Shown here: positions 46,687 through 46,740 of the stretch, one piece after another
Numbering within the stretch: position 1 is the first letter of the stretch
Layout: each line of letters begins with the position of its first letter
NCBI RefSeq assembly: GCF_001194135.2
Contig: NC_068981.1
Span: forward strand, 199,135,409 to 199,182,148
Origin: Octopus bimaculoides
Taxonomy: Eukaryota
Reading direction: 5' to 3'
Length of the DNA stretch: 46,740 nt
The notes under the pieces: generated by a model
What the model was told of the DNA's origin: nothing
What the model saw: only the letters and a program-made list of their open reading frames with translations
The model's database searches: none
Program-made: the position numbers and the translations under genes

Positions 46687-46740
46687 ATCTACTCGCTGGC
46701 GGTACCTACCCACCACTACCCATTTTCCTTTATTCAAAAA

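Overview
AT-rich, microsatellite-dense animal genomic DNA with 7 N-gaps. The repeat landscape (RTE LINEs with (GAT)n tails, tRNA-headed SINEs, Penelope-like elements) resembles octopus/coleoid cephalopod DNA; this is an inference. The only host gene I can confidently identify is the 3' half of the mitochondrial calcium uniporter (MCU) on the + strand: coding exons 1606-1769, 19549-19752 (intact WDIMEP pore motif) and 23611-23808. The 5' exons are not in the window. The rest is mostly retroelement debris. (1) About 15 RTE-clade LINE fragments. (2) A roughly 6-kb same-orientation stack of R4/Dong-like (REL endonuclease) non-LTR fragments at 4108-10070, mostly separated by (ATT)n tracts. (3) A young Penelope-like GIY-YIG element in head-to-head foldback form. 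(4) Several SINE families. The most notable unannotated signal is a set of type I hammerhead ribozyme motifs. One has a fully intact core (16627-16718), lies on the MCU sense strand and is embedded in a 170-bp foldback that also contains a core-mutated antisense copy. One is near-intact (22372-22417) and lies downstream of a tRNA-like Pol III module in the Penelope-like element. Three more are degenerate (13103, 20303, 40058). There are also long inverted repeats, a roughly 250-bp repeat in inverted orientation at both window ends, and a few candidate unannotated exons. All alignments and folds were done by eye; repeat boundaries are approximate.
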